NCBI GenBank assembly: GCA_903852325.1
Contig: CAINQO010000045.1
Span: 1-63,784, forward strand
Origin: Candidatus Omnitrophota bacterium
Lineage (GTDB): Bacteria > Omnitrophota > Gorgyraeia > Gygaellales > Profunditerraquicolaceae
DNA length: 63,784 nucleotides
Direction: 5' to 3'
This document shows, piece by piece, positions 24,422 to 33,830 of this stretch (position 1 is the first letter of the stretch; each line of letters opens with the position of its first letter). The notes under the pieces were generated by a model. The model did not search any database, had not been told where the DNA came from, and saw nothing but the letters and a program-made list of their open reading frames with translations. Position numbers and translations under genes: made by a program.

Positions 24422-25039
24422 ATGAATATCGGTGAATTGATCAAGGTCGGCGGTTTTACGATGATCGTGCTTTTAGGCTCTTCGGTATTATCCATCGCGA
24501 TTATTCTGGAAAGGCTGATCGCTTACCGGGTTAAATCCCGGATCAAACGCAAAGAGTTCATGTTAAAGGTGCGCCAGGAGCTGAAAAAAAGCAAATTAAT
24601 TCCGGTTACGGAGATGTGCAAGAACACTAACGCCCCCTTTGCCCAGGTGGCTTACGCGGGCCTAAGTTTCTTTGACGCAAGCGAAAAAGAGATCTCCAAC
24701 AACATGGAACGCCAGATCATTATTGAAACCACCGTCCTTGAACGGTTGACCTCGATCATCGGGACCATCGGAAGCGTTTCGGTTTACGTCGGTTTATTCG
24801 GCACGGTCCTGGGGATAATCCGCGCCTTCCATGATATTTCCGCCAACGGCTCCGGAGGGATAAGCGTAGTGATCAACGGTATATCCGAAGCGCTGGCCTG
24901 CACCGCCGCCGGGCTTTGCGTGGCGGTCCCGGCAGTCGTGGCCTACAATTACTTTATGAAAAAAATAGACGATTTTATTAAAGATATGGAGTTAGCTGCT
25001 TCGGAAACCATGGACCTGATCAGCGCGATAAAGAAATGA
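24422..25039 (+). CDS. MotA/TolQ/ExbB proton channel family protein
   Basis: 205 aa; three TM segments; conserved C-terminal region (GISEALACTAAGLCVAVPAVVAYNYF). Confidence 0.85.
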   Translation: MNIGELIKVGGFTMIVLLGSSVLSIAIILERLIAYRVKSRIKRKEFMLKVRQELKKSKLIPVTEMCKNTNAPFAQVAYAGLSFFDASEKEISNNMERQIIIETTVLERLTSIIGTIGSVSVYVGLFGTVLGIIRAFHDISANGSGGISVVINGISEALACTAAGLCVAVPAVVAYNYFMKKIDDFIKDMELAASETMDLISAIKK

Positions 25040-25440
25040 GATCTCCCGCCAAACAGCAAAAGTTGATCGCGGAAATCAATATTACCCCTTTTACGGACGT
25101 GATCCTGGTGTTGTTGATCATTTTTATGATCACTACCCCGCTTATCCTGCAGTCAAATATCCGGGTGAACTTGCCCAGTTCTTCCAGCGGCCAGCCGCAG
25201 GAGCAGACCCTGCAGATCAGCGTCATGGTCACTAATGAAGGAATGGTTTATCTGGATAACAAGCCGATTTCCCGAAAATCCCTTAAGACGGAAATTACCA
25301 GGCTGCATCAAGCCAATCCGGGGCTGGAAGTCATCCTCTTTTCGGATAGGATGGTCAGATTTAAGGACCTGGTGGCGCTTTTGGATATTTTTAATGAATT
25401 AGGCATCAAAAATTTAAATATCGCCACCAGAACAGAATAG
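25036..25440 (+). CDS. ExbD/TolR family biopolymer transport protein
   Basis: 134 aa; N-terminal INITPFTDVILVLLIIFMI anchor; 4-nt overlap with the upstream gene. Confidence 0.85.
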   Translation: MRSPAKQQKLIAEINITPFTDVILVLLIIFMITTPLILQSNIRVNLPSSSSGQPQEQTLQISVMVTNEGMVYLDNKPISRKSLKTEITRLHQANPGLEVILFSDRMVRFKDLVALLDIFNELGIKNLNIATRTE

Positions 25441-25482
25441 GGCTAGCGCTTTAACCCGATTGTTTTTAACTGTTTATAGCGT

Positions 25483-25517
25483 AAAACTTCCCGATTCCCG
25501 AAAAGTTTTTATTTTTT
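25483..25517 (+). terminator. weak AT-rich terminator after exbD
   Basis: AAAACTT pairs with AAGTTTT, then TATTTTTT. Confidence 0.35.
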
Positions 25518-25520
25518 CCC

Positions 25521-25549
25521 TTGACTTACCTGAATTTGGAATTTATAAT
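25521..25549 (+). promoter_or_regulatory. sigma70-type promoter of the [NiFe] hydrogenase operon leader
   Basis: TTGACT (25521-25526), 17-nt spacer, TATAAT (25544-25549). Confidence 0.65.
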
Positions 25550-25591
25550 CTTTAGACTATCTGCGGGTAAATAACCTTTGGAAGAGAAGAC

Positions 25592-25625
25592 GCCAGAGAA
25601 ATGCGTTCTCTGGCTATTTTTATTT
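25592..25625 (+). terminator. intrinsic terminator inside the hydrogenase operon leader (attenuator or short RNA 3' end)
   Basis: GCCAGAGAA-ATGCG-TTCTCTGGC followed by TATTTTTATTT. An upstream AGAGAA (25583-25588) could pair alternatively with the 3' arm. Confidence 0.7.
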
Positions 25626-25666
25626 CACCCGGGAACCCGTAACCCTGTAGGCCTAAATAACCGATT

Positions 25667-27109
25667 ATGACCAAAGAATTGACCTTATTCCTAATTATCC
25701 TCATCCCGCTGACCGGGGTGTTTATCCTGCCCTTGATCAGCCGGGTTTCCGCTTCCCTGAGAAATTGGTTCTCTTTCGCGGCGATTCTTTTATCCGCGGT
25801 GTTTTCCTTCCTTTTGATTCCTTCTATATTTAAGGATGGAGCAGTGACGGTGTTTAAGAGCCTGCCTTTCGGGTTTAATCTTGCGTTGACCGCGGATAGC
25901 CTGGCTATTTTTACGGCTGCGGTGGTGTCTTTGATCAGCGCGCTCATCGTATTATTTTCCTTTGATTATATCAGCCACTACAAACACCAGGATGAATATT
26001 ACCCGATGGTGGTTTTGTTCCTGGGGGCGATGATGGGGCTGGTATTCTCCGCGAACCTGATCTTACTCTATATTTTTTGGGAGATTACCGCCATTACCAG
26101 TTGGCGGCTGATCGGGTTTTTCCGGGAGAAAGAGCATGTTTTACGCGCGGATAAGGCGTTTTTGGTTACGGTTTTCGGTTCATTGCTCATGCTGATGGGC
26201 TTCCTGAGGATCTATCAGGAGACCGGCTCTTTCGACCTGTTCACGATAAAAGAAGCGGTCAAGTTGCATCCGATCTCCAATCTTACTATTTCCTTAATTT
26301 TAGCCGGGATACTTTCCAAATCGGCGACCCTTCCTTTTCACACCTGGCTTCCGGATGCCGGCGTGGCTCCTTCTCCGGTAACCGCGCTTTTACATGCGGC
26401 GGTCCTGGTGAAGATAGGAGTTTATGTTTTTGCCAGGATTTTTGTCGCCACGATCCCCTTAAATCTGCCCTGGCAGACTATTGTCGCGGTGATTGCCGGG
26501 GCCAGCGCCCTGGTCTCCGCCGGAGCAGCCCTGGTGGACACGGACTTAAAAAGGATAATTGCTTATTCGACGGTCAGCCAGATCGGTTTTATCTTCCTGG
26601 GCTTTTCCCTGGGTAATGAAATCGGCGTTGCCGGAGGGGTTTTGTATATTTTGATGCACGGTTTGGCCAAAGCCGGGCTTTTCTTATGCGCCGGCATAAT
26701 CGAACAAAACGCAAAAACCAAAGATGTGCGCCATCTTGGCGGGTTATTTTCTTCCATGCCGATAACCGGAATTTCCTTCTTGTTTTGCGCTTTTTCCGTG
26801 ATGGCGATTCCTCCTTTCGGGGGATTTTTCAGCAAATATATGATCATCTCCGGAACATTCCAGGCCGGGCACCGGATTATCGCCACGGTATTCTTGTTCG
26901 GGGCATTTTTAACGGTCCTGTATCTTTTCCGGGCTTTTAATCTGGTGTTTATGGGCGAGAAAAAAAGCCCGTCTACGGTTGCAGGAGAAGGCTCCCGGCT
27001 GATGCTGGCTTGCGTGGCGGCCTTCGCTTTATTATCTTTACTCGGCGGTATTTTTATCCGGTTCCCCAGCGCGCTGGCTTTAATCACGGCGCAAAAAATG
27101 CTTTTATAA
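25667..27109 (+). CDS. antiporter-like membrane subunit (NuoN/MrpD family) of group 4 [NiFe] hydrogenase
   Basis: 480 aa; proton-conducting membrane transporter motifs (SKSATLPFHTWLPDA, LLHAAVLVKIG). Confidence 0.85.
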   Translation: MTKELTLFLIILIPLTGVFILPLISRVSASLRNWFSFAAILLSAVFSFLLIPSIFKDGAVTVFKSLPFGFNLALTADSLAIFTAAVVSLISALIVLFSFDYISHYKHQDEYYPMVVLFLGAMMGLVFSANLILLYIFWEITAITSWRLIGFFREKEHVLRADKAFLVTVFGSLLMLMGFLRIYQETGSFDLFTIKEAVKLHPISNLTISLILAGILSKSATLPFHTWLPDAGVAPSPVTALLHAAVLVKIGVYVFARIFVATIPLNLPWQTIVAVIAGASALVSAGAALVDTDLKRIIAYSTVSQIGFIFLGFSLGNEIGVAGGVLYILMHGLAKAGLFLCAGIIEQNAKTKDVRHLGGLFSSMPITGISFLFCAFSVMAIPPFGGFFSKYMIISGTFQAGHRIIATVFLFGAFLTVLYLFRAFNLVFMGEKKSPSTVAGEGSRLMLACVAAFALLSLLGGIFIRFPSALALITAQKMLL

Positions 27110-27110
27110 A

Positions 27111-28928
27111 ATGCAAACTTCCTTAATCGTATTTATCTTTATGCCGTTTGTCCTGGGACTGGCGGCTTTTCTGCTGCCTAAAGCGGCGCGCGGAATTTTA
27201 GTTCTGGCGGCGGCAGTGGCTAACTTTTTGTTCGCCGTTTCCATATTCCACAAAGAAGCGATGATCACCATCCCCTGGGCAGGGGCGGGGATGGATTTTT
27301 CACTGCGTTTAAATCAATTCAGCGGATTTATCCTTTTGGCTGCCGCGTTTTTCAGTTTGCTTATCGTGATTTATTCCCTCAGTTTCTTTAAAGGAAAAGA
27401 TAACGCCAAACAATTTTATTTGTATTTATTGATTTCTCTTTCCCTGGTTAACGGGGCGGTCTTGGCGAATAACCTGATCCTGCTGCTTTTCTTTTGGGAA
27501 GGGTTGCTTTTGACTTTGTTCGGCTTGATCGCCATCGGAGGGAGAATGGCATTTAAAACCGCCACCAAAGCCTTCCTTATCGTGGGAGTATCCGACCTGT
27601 GCCTGATGGCCGGGATCGCCCTCACCGGTTACCTGGCGAAAACCCTGGTCATCTCCGAGATCCATCTTTCCCTGGGAGGATTAGGCAGCCTGGCGTTTAT
27701 ACTTTTGGCGATCGGAGCGGTTTCCAAGGCCGGATCAATGCCTTTTCACAGCTGGATCCCCGACGCGGCAGAGGATGCCCCGCTTCCGTTTATGGCTTTT
27801 TTACCGGCTTCCCTGGAAAAACTGCTGGGGATTTATTTCCTTGCCCGGATCAGCCTGGAGATGTTCAAGCTTGAGCCGGAATCCTGGTTGAGCGTTTTTT
27901 TGATGATCCTCGGGGCGGCAACTATATTTTTGGCGGTAATGATGGCGCTGGTCCAGAAGAATTACAAAAAATTACTTTCCTATCACGCGATCAGCCAGGT
28001 GGGTTATATGGTCCTGGGGATCGGAACCGCTATCCCCATCGGGATTGTCGGCGGGCTTTTCCATATGCTTAACCACGCTTTATATAAAAGCTGCCTTTTT
28101 TTAACTGCCGGCAGCGTAGAAAAACAAGCCGGGGCCACAGACCTGGAAAAACTCGGGGGCTTAGGCAGGAAAATGCCTCTGACTTTTGCGGCCTTTACCG
28201 TGGCGGCGCTTTCTATCTCCGGGGTACCGCCGTTTAACGGGTTTTTCTCCAAAGAAATGGTTTATCATGCGGCCATGGAAAGAGGGATGATCTTTTATGT
28301 CGTGGCGGTAGTCGGAGCTTTTCTGACCGCCGCTTCTTTTTTAAAATTAGGGCACAGCGCTTTCCTGGGAAAGATCCATCAGGAGCACAAGGCCGTCAAA
28401 GAAGCGCCGGCGGCAATGCTTGTGCCGATGGCGGTGCTGGCGTCAACCTGTATTATTTTCGGGATTTTTAATTATTTACCGCTGAATAATTTTATCCAGC
28501 CGATTTTGGGGGCCAGGTTAGCCGGCAGGAGCTTCGCGGGTTTTTCCGCCAACTGGTTCCTGGTGATCATCACTCTTTTGGTTTTAACCGCGGCCCTGGT
28601 GCACCACCTTTTAGCGGTGCGGTTTTCCGGGAGCGCGCTTAAGGCTGCCGACCATATCCACCATGCCCCGGGACTTTCCGCATTATACCGCTGGGCCGGA
28701 AAAAAATATTTTGACCCCTATGTGGTCGGGCTTAAAATTATTGACGGCCTAACTTTGGTGCTTTTTAAGATCGACCGGGGGATCGATTGGATATACAGTT
28801 CTTTGGTTACGCGCCTGGCTTTGAATTTTTCCAAAATGATCCGTAAAATGCATACCGGTTATTACGCGGTATATATTTCCTGGTCCCTTTTAGGCGCGGT
28901 AATTGTCATGTTTTTTATGTTCAAGTAA
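27111..28928 (+). CDS. antiporter-like membrane subunit (NuoL/MrpA-like)
   Basis: 605 aa; SKAGSMPFHSWIPDA motif; C-terminal extension. Confidence 0.85.
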   Translation: MQTSLIVFIFMPFVLGLAAFLLPKAARGILVLAAAVANFLFAVSIFHKEAMITIPWAGAGMDFSLRLNQFSGFILLAAAFFSLLIVIYSLSFFKGKDNAKQFYLYLLISLSLVNGAVLANNLILLLFFWEGLLLTLFGLIAIGGRMAFKTATKAFLIVGVSDLCLMAGIALTGYLAKTLVISEIHLSLGGLGSLAFILLAIGAVSKAGSMPFHSWIPDAAEDAPLPFMAFLPASLEKLLGIYFLARISLEMFKLEPESWLSVFLMILGAATIFLAVMMALVQKNYKKLLSYHAISQVGYMVLGIGTAIPIGIVGGLFHMLNHALYKSCLFLTAGSVEKQAGATDLEKLGGLGRKMPLTFAAFTVAALSISGVPPFNGFFSKEMVYHAAMERGMIFYVVAVVGAFLTAASFLKLGHSAFLGKIHQEHKAVKEAPAAMLVPMAVLASTCIIFGIFNYLPLNNFIQPILGARLAGRSFAGFSANWFLVIITLLVLTAALVHHLLAVRFSGSALKAADHIHHAPGLSALYRWAGKKYFDPYVVGLKIIDGLTLVLFKIDRGIDWIYSSLVTRLALNFSKMIRKMHTGYYAVYISWSLLGAVIVMFFMFK

Positions 28929-28958
28929 ACTCTTTCTTAATATAAGGAAAAAGAAGTC

Positions 28959-30383
28959 ATGCTTTCATTATTTATTCTGGCCCCGCTTTTTTTATTATTC
29001 GTTTTAAACCTGCCTTTAAAGCCGGTAAATAAAGCCTGCTTTTGGCTGGCCGGGGTTTTATTGTCCGCGCAAATATTAATGGCGCTGGGGCATGCTTTGT
29101 GCCCCTGGAGCCTTTATCCGGACAAGCTGGGTTTATTTTTTGTTTTTAACCTGGTGATGGATAATTTGACCCTGGTGATGCTTCTGGTCATCGGGATCGT
29201 TTCCCTGGTTGCGCTTTTTGTCGGTAAAAGCACCATCATTCTGGAAGAACAAAGGTTTAATTTTGTCAGCCTGGTGCTGGCCTGCGTTATCGGAATGAAC
29301 GCGGTGGTGCTGGTCAGAGATATCTTTTCTCTGTATATTTTTATCGAAATTACTTCCATCGCTTCTTTTGTCCTCATTGCCCTGAAAAAAGATAAGCTGG
29401 CGATCGAAGGCACCTTTAAATATCTCATCATGTCGGCGGTGGCTACCGTATTTATGCTTTGTGCCATGGCTTTTTTACTGTTGGCCGCCGGAGACCTGTC
29501 TTTTGCCGCCGTGCACAGCGCTTTTTATAACCCGGCAAATGCCGGATTGCTTAAATGCGGAGCGGGTTTATTTTTGTGCGGCCTGTTGATTAAATCGGGA
29601 GTGGCCCCTTTCCACGGATGGGTGCCGGATGCTTATTCTTCGGCGCCGGCAGGGGTCTCGATCCTCCTGGCCGGGATAACTACCAAGGTCGCCGGGGTTT
29701 ATGTGTTACTGCGGCTTTTCGGTTCGGTATTTATCCTGAACGCGCAATTCCAGAACATTCTTTTATTCGCCGGAGCGTTCTCCATTGTTATGGCGGCGCT
29801 GGCCGCTTTAACCCAGGATGATTTTAAGCGGATGCTTGCATATTCAAGCATCAGCCAGGTCGGCTACATTATCCTGGCTTTGGGCTGCGGCACCCCGCTG
29901 GCTTTTGCCGGAGCGATATTCCATTTCTTTAACCACGCTATTTTTAAATCACTGCTTTTTGTCAACGCCGCGTCTTTGGAAAAAGAATTCGGTTCGACCA
30001 ATATGAATACCTTAGCCGGCCTGGGGAATAAATCTCCGGTAACCGGTTTTACTTCCCTGATCGGAGCGCTCTCTACCGCCGGTATTCCGCCTTTTTCCGG
30101 CTTCTGGAGCAAGCTGATCATTATCCTGGCTCTTTTTAGCGCGGGCAGGTTCGTTTACGGGGGGATTGCCCTGTTAGCCAGCATTCTGACCCTGGCTTAT
30201 TTTCTGGCCTTCCAGCGCCGGGTTTTCTTCGGGAAAACCGAGTCTACTTTAAGCAGCGCGGGAACATCCTGGGCCTTGCGGTTCTGGGAAATCGCGCTGG
30301 CGTTAATCACCGCCGCCAGCGGAGCGGTCTTTGTTTTAGTGCACAATAACTGGGTATTGCCTTTAAAGGCGATCTTTTGGTAA
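28959..30383 (+). CDS. antiporter-like membrane subunit (NuoM/MrpD family)
   Basis: 474 aa; KSGVAPFHGWVPDAY motif. Confidence 0.85.
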   Translation: MLSLFILAPLFLLFVLNLPLKPVNKACFWLAGVLLSAQILMALGHALCPWSLYPDKLGLFFVFNLVMDNLTLVMLLVIGIVSLVALFVGKSTIILEEQRFNFVSLVLACVIGMNAVVLVRDIFSLYIFIEITSIASFVLIALKKDKLAIEGTFKYLIMSAVATVFMLCAMAFLLLAAGDLSFAAVHSAFYNPANAGLLKCGAGLFLCGLLIKSGVAPFHGWVPDAYSSAPAGVSILLAGITTKVAGVYVLLRLFGSVFILNAQFQNILLFAGAFSIVMAALAALTQDDFKRMLAYSSISQVGYIILALGCGTPLAFAGAIFHFFNHAIFKSLLFVNAASLEKEFGSTNMNTLAGLGNKSPVTGFTSLIGALSTAGIPPFSGFWSKLIIILALFSAGRFVYGGIALLASILTLAYFLAFQRRVFFGKTESTLSSAGTSWALRFWEIALALITAASGAVFVLVHNNWVLPLKAIFW

Positions 30384-30384
30384 A

Positions 30385-30870
30385 ATGCTTATAAATTTAA
30401 TTCTTCTTTTTGCTCTGGTTCTTGCGGCGCTCTGGACGGTAACTACCCCGCGGCTTATCCGCGCTATCGTCGGACTGGCGATTACCAGCGCGATCCTTTC
30501 GGTGATCATGTATCAGCTCAGTTCTCCGCTGGCGGCGGTTTTTGAGCTTTCGGTTTGCTCCGGGCTGATCTCGGTTATCTTTGTCGTGACCATAAGTTTT
30601 ACGCGGCGGGTCAGCAAAGAAGAGCTGCTGGTGCGCCGGAAACAAAAAATCATTAAATACTGGTACCTGCCGGTTATTCTCATCGCCGCCGGATTATTAT
30701 TGAACCATTATTTACTGGCGAATTTAAATTCCTCGGTTTTGCCGGCGCAAGAGGGGGATGTCCGGAACCTGATCTGGAACTCCCGGCACCTGGACCTGTT
30801 CGGCCAGGCGGTCATCCTGTTAGTGGGGGCACTGGGAGTGGTGGTTTTGTTTAAGGAGCCTAAAAAATGA
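30385..30870 (+). CDS. small membrane subunit, MbhD/MnhB-like
   Basis: 161 aa; four or five TM segments; operon position between the antiporter-like and NuoK-like subunits. Confidence 0.55.
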   Translation: MLINLILLFALVLAALWTVTTPRLIRAIVGLAITSAILSVIMYQLSSPLAAVFELSVCSGLISVIFVVTISFTRRVSKEELLVRRKQKIIKYWYLPVILIAAGLLLNHYLLANLNSSVLPAQEGDVRNLIWNSRHLDLFGQAVILLVGALGVVVLFKEPKK

Positions 30871-31187
30871 GCGCGCCTTCAATGTATCTCTTTGTATTTT
30901 TCGGGATCTTTTCCGCCCTGCTTTTAATTACCGGCATTTATTGCATGCTGGTAAGTTTTAATCTGATCCGCATAATTATCGGATTTGAAATTCTGGTTAA
31001 AGCGGCAACACTTTTGATCATTTCCGCCGGGTATGCCTGCGGGAAAAGCGCCCTGGCGCAGGTGATGGTGATCACGCTGATCGTCATCGAGATCGTGGTG
31101 ATGGTGGTCGCCGGAGGGGTGGCGCTTTGGGCATTCAGGCACAATGATAATATCGATCCCAGGGAACTGGGCAACTTGAAAGGTTAA
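30867..31187 (+). CDS. NuoK/MnhC-like membrane subunit
   Basis: 106 aa; three TM segments with a conserved membrane glutamate context (IIGFEILVKAATLLI). Confidence 0.7.
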   Translation: MSAPSMYLFVFFGIFSALLLITGIYCMLVSFNLIRIIIGFEILVKAATLLIISAGYACGKSALAQVMVITLIVIEIVVMVVAGGVALWAFRHNDNIDPRELGNLKG

Positions 31188-31188
31188 G

Positions 31189-31524
31189 ATGCTGCAAGAG
31201 ATCCTGCTTTCTCCTCCGGGAGCTTTTATCGTGATCCTTATGGCGGTAACTATCGCCGCCAGGTTCCTGGGCAAATTTGCCTCCGGCAAACGCAGCGACC
31301 AGGGTGATTCCAAAAAGGCGTATGCCTGCGGGGAGGATTTCCAGGGAAGCGTGATCCAGCCGGATTACAGCCAATTTTTTCCGTTCGCTTTTTTCTTTAC
31401 TATTTTACACGTGGTGGCGCTGGTGATCGCCACGGTGCCCGCCGAAACTGCGGGGATGCTGGCCATGGCGCTGGTTTATGTGTTTGCCGCGGTCATCGGC
31501 CTTTTAATTTTACTAAGGAAATAA
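31189..31524 (+). CDS. small membrane subunit, NuoA/MbhI-like
   Basis: 111 aa; YACGED motif resembling the NuoA YECG loop, flanked by TM helices. Confidence 0.5.
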   Translation: MLQEILLSPPGAFIVILMAVTIAARFLGKFASGKRSDQGDSKKAYACGEDFQGSVIQPDYSQFFPFAFFFTILHVVALVIATVPAETAGMLAMALVYVFAAVIGLLILLRK

Positions 31525-31525
31525 C

Positions 31526-31984
31526 ATGGGAATGATTTCTAAAATAATCAACTGGTCGCGCCTTAAATCACCCTGGGTTTTGCATTTTAATACCGGCGCC
31601 TGCAACGCCTGCGATATCGAGATCATTGCCGCCCTTACCCCCAGTTATGATCTGGAACGTTTCGGGGTAGTGCTCAAAGCTACTCCGCGCCACGCCGATG
31701 TGCTTTTGTGCTCCGGCCCGGTGACCAAGCAGATCGAAAGCCGGTTGGTGCGGATATACGAACAGATGCCTGAGCCCAAATTCGTGGTGGCCATCGGCAG
31801 CTGCGCCTGCAGCGGAGGCGTGTTTAATGGCTGTTATAACGTGGCCGGGGGAATAAATTCGGTGATCCCGGTTTCCGCGTATATCCCGGGTTGCCCGGCC
31901 AGCCCCAAAGCGATCATTGACGGGGTGGTGAAACTTTTGCGCAGCCTGGAAACAAAAGAACGTAAATCCGGAGGCAAAAAATGA
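31526..31984 (+). CDS. [NiFe] hydrogenase small subunit (NuoB-like)
   Basis: 152 aa; Fe-S cysteines CNACDIE, GSCACSGG, IPGCP. Confidence 0.9.
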   Translation: MGMISKIINWSRLKSPWVLHFNTGACNACDIEIIAALTPSYDLERFGVVLKATPRHADVLLCSGPVTKQIESRLVRIYEQMPEPKFVVAIGSCACSGGVFNGCYNVAGGINSVIPVSAYIPGCPASPKAIIDGVVKLLRSLETKERKSGGKK

Positions 31985-32451
31985 ATGAAGAACAGATAAA
32001 GCAGGAATTGGAAGATAAATTTTCTTTCCTTAAAGACGCGGTCAGTATTACACGCAAGGGGCGGATTTTCGCGCAGGTCCCCTTGGATAAATTCGAAGCG
32101 GTATTTGCCCACGCGCTGAAGAAGATGAATTTCACGGCGCTTTCGGCGGTTACCGGGCTTGACCGCGGGGACGGTTTTGAAGTGATCTATCATCTTAACC
32201 GGGATGGGGCAATCGTATTGAATTTAAAAGTACTTTTAGAAAAAGAAAATCCACAGGTAAAAACCATCACTGGTTACTGCCCCAGCGCCGATATTTACGA
32301 AAGGGAGCTGATGGATTTATTAGGGATCAAGGTGGACGGGCTTGCCCCGGGACAGCGTTATCCGCTTTCCGATGACTGGCCCAAGGGAGAGTATCCGTTA
32401 CGCAAGGATTGGAAAGGGCCGACCTCGGCCAAGGAGGCGCAAAATGCATAA
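31981..32451 (+). CDS. NuoC-like (30 kDa) subunit
   Basis: 156 aa; ERELMDLLGIKVDG motif typical of NuoC/HycE N-terminal domains. Confidence 0.85.
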   Translation: MNEEQIKQELEDKFSFLKDAVSITRKGRIFAQVPLDKFEAVFAHALKKMNFTALSAVTGLDRGDGFEVIYHLNRDGAIVLNLKVLLEKENPQVKTITGYCPSADIYERELMDLLGIKVDGLAPGQRYPLSDDWPKGEYPLRKDWKGPTSAKEAQNA

Positions 32452-33679
32452 ATATGGAGATGTAATTGTCCCGATCGGGCCGCAGCATCCGGCATTAAAA
32501 GAACCGGAGAGTTTTTTGATCACTCTGCGCGGAGAGAAAATAACCGCTTCCAGCGTCAGGTTAGGTTATAATCACCGCGGCATTGAAAAGGCCTGCGAGG
32601 AAAGAACTTATACCCAGGGAGTTTACCTGATCGAGCGGGTTTGCGGGATCTGTTCGCATTCCCATTCTACCGCTTTTGTGCAGGCAGTGGAGGAGATCGC
32701 CGGAGTGGAAATCCCGGCGCGCGCTAAATATATCCGCACCCTGATCGCTGAGCTCGAGCGCATCCACAGCCATCTTTTATGGTTAGGGGTGGCCGGGCAT
32801 GAGATCGGTTTTGATACCCTGCTGATGTATACCTGGCGGGACCGGGAAGTAGTGATGGACCTGTTGGCCAAGCTTACCGGTAACCGGGTAAATTACGGGA
32901 TCAATACTATCGGCGGGGTCAGGCGGGATGTCAGCGTTAAGCAAAAAGAAGAAGTTTTAAAAGCGATCGACACGCTGGAAAAACAGACAAAATACTACAT
33001 TGATCTGGCGACAAAAGAAACCACCCTGCTTAAACGTTTACAGGGAGTGGGGGTTTTATCTCACGAAGACGCCATAAGCTTAGGAGCGGTGGGGCCCACC
33101 GGCCGGGCATCAGGGATCGCCCGGGATACGCGTAAAGATGATCCTTACGCGGCCTACGGGGAATTAGATTTTAAAGTGATCAGCGTAGATAACTGCGATG
33201 TTTACGGCCGCACTCTGGTGCGTTTGGGGGAATTGATCGAGTCCTTCAGCCTGGTGCGCCAGGTGATCGCCAAAATCCCGGACGGGCCGATTACCGTCAG
33301 GGTTCCGCGCAAGATCCCGGCGGGAGAGGTGTTGAGCCGCTATGAAGCGCCGCGCGGGGAGGATGTGCATTATGTGCGCTCCAACGGCACGGAAAAACCG
33401 GACCGGGTAAAAGTAAGGGCGCCGACCCTGGCGAATGTGCAGTCGGTTTCCAAAATGCTTGAAGACCGGTACCTGGCGGATATGCCCATCGTGATTGCCG
33501 CCATCGATCCCTGTTTTTCCTGCACCGACAGGTTGATCGCCCTGAGGGATACGCAGACAAAAAAAAGTAATACCGTGATCTGGGAAACGATCCGGCTCAA
33601 AGGGATAGAGTGGTATAAACAGCAGGGGGTAGATTTTACCGCCTTGAATAAAAAATTATCCAAAAAATTACACCTATAA
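32444..33679 (+). CDS. group 4 [NiFe] hydrogenase large subunit (NuoD-like)
   Basis: Both Ni-Fe ligand motifs are present: RVCGICSHSH near the N-terminus and DPCFSCTDR at the C-terminus. AAGGAGG at 32431-32437 favours ATG 32444 over the track start at 32342. Confidence 0.9.
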   Translation: MHKYGDVIVPIGPQHPALKEPESFLITLRGEKITASSVRLGYNHRGIEKACEERTYTQGVYLIERVCGICSHSHSTAFVQAVEEIAGVEIPARAKYIRTLIAELERIHSHLLWLGVAGHEIGFDTLLMYTWRDREVVMDLLAKLTGNRVNYGINTIGGVRRDVSVKQKEEVLKAIDTLEKQTKYYIDLATKETTLLKRLQGVGVLSHEDAISLGAVGPTGRASGIARDTRKDDPYAAYGELDFKVISVDNCDVYGRTLVRLGELIESFSLVRQVIAKIPDGPITVRVPRKIPAGEVLSRYEAPRGEDVHYVRSNGTEKPDRVKVRAPTLANVQSVSKMLEDRYLADMPIVIAAIDPCFSCTDRLIALRDTQTKKSNTVIWETIRLKGIEWYKQQGVDFTALNKKLSKKLHL

Positions 33680-33688
33680 AAGTGCAGA

Positions 33689-33824
33689 TAAACTCTAAAC
33701 TCAAAACACTAAACTCTAAACAAATCCAAAATCCAAAACCTGAAACCCTAAGGTTTCGTTTGGAATTTTGGATTTTGAGTTTTGGGTTTGTTTAGGATTT
33801 AGGGTTTAGGATTTAGGGTTTTTA
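33689..33824 (+). repeat. ~135-nt imperfect long hairpin built from degenerate heptads (copy 1 of a repeat family)
   Basis: A/C-rich arm TAAACTCTAAACTCAAAACACTAAACTCTAAACAAATCCAAAATCCAAAACC, centre GAAACC-ctaa-GGTTTC, G/T-rich arm ...TTTGGGTTTGTTTAGGATTTAGGGTTTAGGATTTAGGGTTT. A homologous copy lies at 60168-60301. Confidence 0.85.
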
Positions 33825-33830
33825 AAAATT

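Noticed and set aside
25552-25947. 131-aa minus-strand ORF overlapping the hydrogenase promoter/leader and first gene
   Set aside because: It is antisense to a well-supported membrane subunit gene and to the leader terminator. It has no independent support.
32342-32443. N-terminal extension of the hydrogenase large subunit ORF
   Set aside because: It overlaps the NuoC-like gene in another frame and is Arg/Pro-rich. A strong AAGGAGG RBS precedes ATG 32444, where homology to NuoD/HycE begins.
33689-33824. Telomere-like TTTAGGG repeats or a CRISPR-like array
   Set aside because: The repeats are 7-nt degenerate units with no spacers. They form the two complementary arms of a single hairpin, and the element sits inside an operon. 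This is neither a CRISPR array nor a chromosome end.
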